Assembly: GCA_028534125.1 (NCBI GenBank)
Contig: CM052848.1
Coordinates: 9,734,001 to 9,798,000 of the forward strand
Origin: Lama glama
Lineage: Eukaryota
Direction of reading: 5' to 3'
Length of the DNA stretch: 64,000 bases
The notes under the pieces are model-generated. The model was not told where the DNA came from. It was given only the letters and a program-made list of their open reading frames with translations, and did no database searches. The stretch's first letter is position 1. Each line of letters opens with the position of its first letter. Below, piece by piece: positions 62,861-64,000 of the stretch. Both the position numbers and the translations under genes were made by a program.

Positions 62861-64000
62861 CCTTTTATTACCATTGATGGGAGAGAGGGGCTGGTAGGCA
62901 AGGAGGAAGGAGAGGTTCCTAAAATATTTTTCCGTGTAGGTCACCAATTAGAGATTCAGGTTGGTTAATCAACAAACCCCAGGCTGGCAATAGAGAACTG
63001 TGCCTGGGGCTGGAAGGTGGGCAACCATGGAAGATAATCGGATGCAAAATGGAATGATGGGGAACACACACATTTCCACTCTTCCCCTGCAGTGCCCTGG
63101 CTTCTGGTGAGCCTTGGTGGTACCCTGCTAGCAAGACATTTACCTGAGGCTGTTCCTGGTACTTAACCCTGTAGGTTCTGTTGATGAGGACCAACTGGTG
63201 TTTGTGGCAGTGAGGCACTGCTTAAAAATATGTTCTGGAGGGAAGGGCATTGGTGCATCCCTGGCCGGGCACTTTTAAGGGTCAGAGCCATCAATCAGTC
63301 CTCTTCAGCTGAGTACAAATTACCTGAAGGCAATGCAGGATGGGTTGGAATTCACCACCTGATGTTTTATACTTCATGCTCTGAGATGATTGCTTCCTCT
63401 TGACGTCTGGGGAAGATGAATATGCAAGGGAGTGGTCACTTTCACCCTGGTTTTAGGAAGGGTGGTCTGGGTGGCCCTCAAAATACTTCAACCCCTGTTG
63501 CTCTAGTATGTATGTTTTAGAGCTCCACTGATTATTTGCAAAAGCGATTTCTCCGCTACCACTCCCACTCCAAGCTCCGCCAAAATAAACCTTGAAAACC
63601 AGGTGTAGGAGAAGAGCAACAGCCTGGGACACGTGTGAGGGAAGAACGCAGTAGAGCAGGGGTAGGAGCCAAGGCAGACCTGGGCAGGGGACGAGGGACA
63701 GGTTAACAAGGAAGGGAAGTGGGTGCAGGGAGCATCCAAGCACCCTAGATGGAGATCAGAGCAGAGGCAGGGCCAGATGGGAGGAGTGGGACCCAGGGAC
63801 CTGCTGCTTTGCTGAATCCATGGAGGATTATGTCCTGGGTCACTGAAAATTGCCTGGGCTTCCAGGGGACACAAGCCCTCCCTAAGGAAGGCAGGTGACA
63901 GAGCCGAGCAGCGTGACCCTTCCAGACTCTTCTGAACCAAAACAGGCACTGTGTAATTTGCCAGGGGATATCTGTCCCCCTTGAAAGTCAAAATATTGAG

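Noticed and set aside
1-64000. Prokaryotic systems (CRISPR arrays, operons), tRNA/rRNA genes and high-confidence CTCF sites
   Set aside because: The sequence is mammalian. No repeat-spacer arrays or structural RNA genes were seen, and the CTCF-like matches all had mismatches at core positions.

Overview
Mammalian genomic DNA, most likely a camelid (alpaca/camel-type cetartiodactyl), judged from the L1 3' ends and the absence of Alu, Bov-A/Bov-tA, PRE-1 and CHR SINEs. The window has nine N-runs. No protein-coding exon is supported. About 57 kb is intergenic and full of ancient repeats (MIR, L2, L1M, MER5/MER58/MER81, MLT1, MER21), younger nested L1 insertions with target-site duplications (TSDs), and two ERV1 solo LTRs, one of them MER41-like. 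At about 57.2-59.8 kb there is a CpG-island promoter with GC boxes and a (GGA)9 tract. It has a + strand first exon, apparently non-coding in its visible part (donor at 59136). A second downstream promoter/exon follows, with a double CACCC box, CCAAT boxes and a donor at 59905, and there is an opposite-strand donor at 59787. This layout resembles KLF3 (promoters 1a/1b plus the antisense KLF3-AS1), but that identity is inferred, not proven. The most notable observations are: a putative antisense transcript carrying recursive-splice/micro-exon-like AG|GT junctions (28725, 46775); a perfect 21-bp template-switch hairpin inside an MLT1 LTR; STAT sites in both ERV1 LTRs (the MER41-like copy has N4, STAT6-type spacing); a D-box/E-box cluster in an orphan CpG patch; and a GATA-dense intronic element. 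Repeat family names are from memory of consensus sequences. Boundaries without a TSD are approximate.
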